The notes below the pieces were generated by a model that saw only the letters and a program-made list of their open reading frames with translations, was not told the origin of the DNA and did no database searches. A stretch of DNA of 64,000 nt from an uncultured bacterium (GTDB taxonomy: Bacteria; Pseudomonadota; Gammaproteobacteria; Steroidobacterales; Woeseiaceae), in the NCBI GenBank assembly GCA_963976365.1, contig CAXBKH010000005.1, forward strand, positions 1,730 through 65,729, written 5' to 3'. Shown here one piece after another: positions 63,104 through 64,000 of this stretch; position 1 is the first letter of the stretch; the number at the start of each line of letters is the position of its first letter. A program made the translations under genes and the position numbers.

Positions 63104-63140
63104 GGGTCAGGATCCGCAAGGGATCCTGACCCTTTTTTTT
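63104..63140 (+). terminator. Rho-independent terminator of ssrA
   Basis: GGGTCAGGATCC-gcaag-GGATCCTGACCC followed by T8. Confidence 0.85.
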
Positions 63141-63146
63141 GCGAGC

Positions 63147-63686
63147 CTATTCCTGGTCCAGCAAGTCCTGCACGGGTGCTGCGAGGCTGGTCAGCCCCGC
63201 CTCGACCCCATAGGACATCGCCTCATCGACATCCGCTCCCTTCAATCGCTTGCTCAACGCGAACAACGCGCCGACACGATTCGAGCTGCCGCAATGCACA
63301 AGCACTGGACCGTCGGAGGTCGCAATTAACTCGTCGAGTTTTACGGCGTTCTCATAGCTTATTGCTTCAAGTCCCGTAATCGGGAATGGCACGTATCGCA
63401 TACCCAGGGATTCAACCACCGCCGGCTCGTCAAAGCCGCGATTTTCCTGCACGCCACGCAGGTCGATGACCGTTGTGTAGCCACTTTTCGCGAAAACCTC
63501 CAGAGCGGCCGGGTCAGGCTGGCCTGCTGCACTAACACCGCCTACAGGCTGAACGGCTCCGCTATCGACGATTACATCAAGGTCCACTTTAAGATCAGGA
63601 CTAATGATTTTATCCCCCGAAAATGCGGCCACTGAAAACAGTGTCGCCGCCACCAAGACAACCATTCTATCAATCATATTATTCAC
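63147..63686 (-). CDS. Secreted protein-tyrosine-phosphatase-like / DUF442-type (sulfur-transferase-like) protein
   Basis: 179 aa with a signal peptide (VVLVAATLFSVAAFSG). It has a Cys-loop VLVHCGSSNRVGALF resembling the PTP/DSP-like active-site loop. The family assignment is tentative. Confidence 0.5.
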   Translation of the reverse strand: MNNMIDRMVVLVAATLFSVAAFSGDKIISPDLKVDLDVIVDSGAVQPVGGVSAAGQPDPAALEVFAKSGYTTVIDLRGVQENRGFDEPAVVESLGMRYVPFPITGLEAISYENAVKLDELIATSDGPVLVHCGSSNRVGALFALSKRLKGADVDEAMSYGVEAGLTSLAAPVQDLLDQE

Positions 63687-63996
63687 TCAGCGTCATGCGA
63701 CCGCCGATCTCGACACCTCGATCCGTAAATCGAACATCGACTGTCATTCGTTCGTACATACTACCTGAAAGCCGCATTATATCGCGCATCGCTTCACGCA
63801 TTGCAGGGGAAACTTCGCGTTCGCTATCATCTGAATGATCGGCAGCCATCGCATCGCCCATCATGCTGTAGTAGCGCGCCGAGTCCATGCTCATACTGAG
63901 AAATGGTGCCGGGCTGGTGCTGTCAGCAACCAACATCTTTGCGGAATTCGATTCAGCACCTGCGCCAATAGAAACAGCAACACTGTCGTTCGACAA
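63679..63996 (-). CDS. Hypothetical Met/Asp-rich protein (start may lie beyond the window)
   Basis: 105-aa ORF overlapping the downstream gene start by 8 nt. No family was recognised. The window ends 4 nt after the proposed start codon. Confidence 0.3.
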   Translation of the reverse strand: MSNDSVAVSIGAGAESNSAKMLVADSTSPAPFLSMSMDSARYYSMMGDAMAADHSDDSEREVSPAMREAMRDIMRLSGSMYERMTVDVRFTDRGVEIGGRMTLSE

Positions 63997-64000
63997 TGCG

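Overview
High-GC, Gammaproteobacteria-like chromosome segment. The core part (24.7-64 kb) is syntenic housekeeping DNA. It holds tRNA-fMet, the complete 14-gene nuoA-N operon, tRNA-Leu(GAG), and secG-tpiA-glmM-folP-ftsH-rlmE. It continues with yhbY, greA-carB-carA-dapB, dnaJ-dnaK-grpE-hrcA, nadK-recN, fur, bamE, rnfH-ratA, an SNF-family transporter, smpB and tmRNA, plus two poorly characterised genes at the right edge. The accessory part is on the left. Positions 1-7.1 kb carry a metal-resistance cluster: czcCBA (czcA runs off the left edge and is missing from the ORF track), a His-rich small protein, and chrA. Positions 7.1-24.6 kb look like a ~17.5 kb genomic island inserted into the 3' end of tRNA-fMet. 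A 14-nt direct repeat of the tRNA acceptor end bounds it. Its cargo is a tetR-MFP-RND-tolC efflux operon with a frameshifted RND gene, a quinone oxidoreductase, and a decayed group II intron reverse transcriptase. It also carries a TetR-thioesterase-transglutaminase-like operon cut by an IS21 element that has no target duplication, a 5'-truncated XRE gene, and a 3 x 42-bp tandem repeat. A tyrosine-recombinase plus large-serine-recombinase module abuts the tRNA. I did not find a convincing, wholly novel multi-gene system such as a defence system. The most unexplained DNA is the ~1.4 kb non-coding, repeat-rich stretch (20.8-21.9 kb) and the dual recombinase module whose serine recombinase ORF terminates inside the tRNA gene. 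All homology statements come from reading motifs in the translations. No database search was run.
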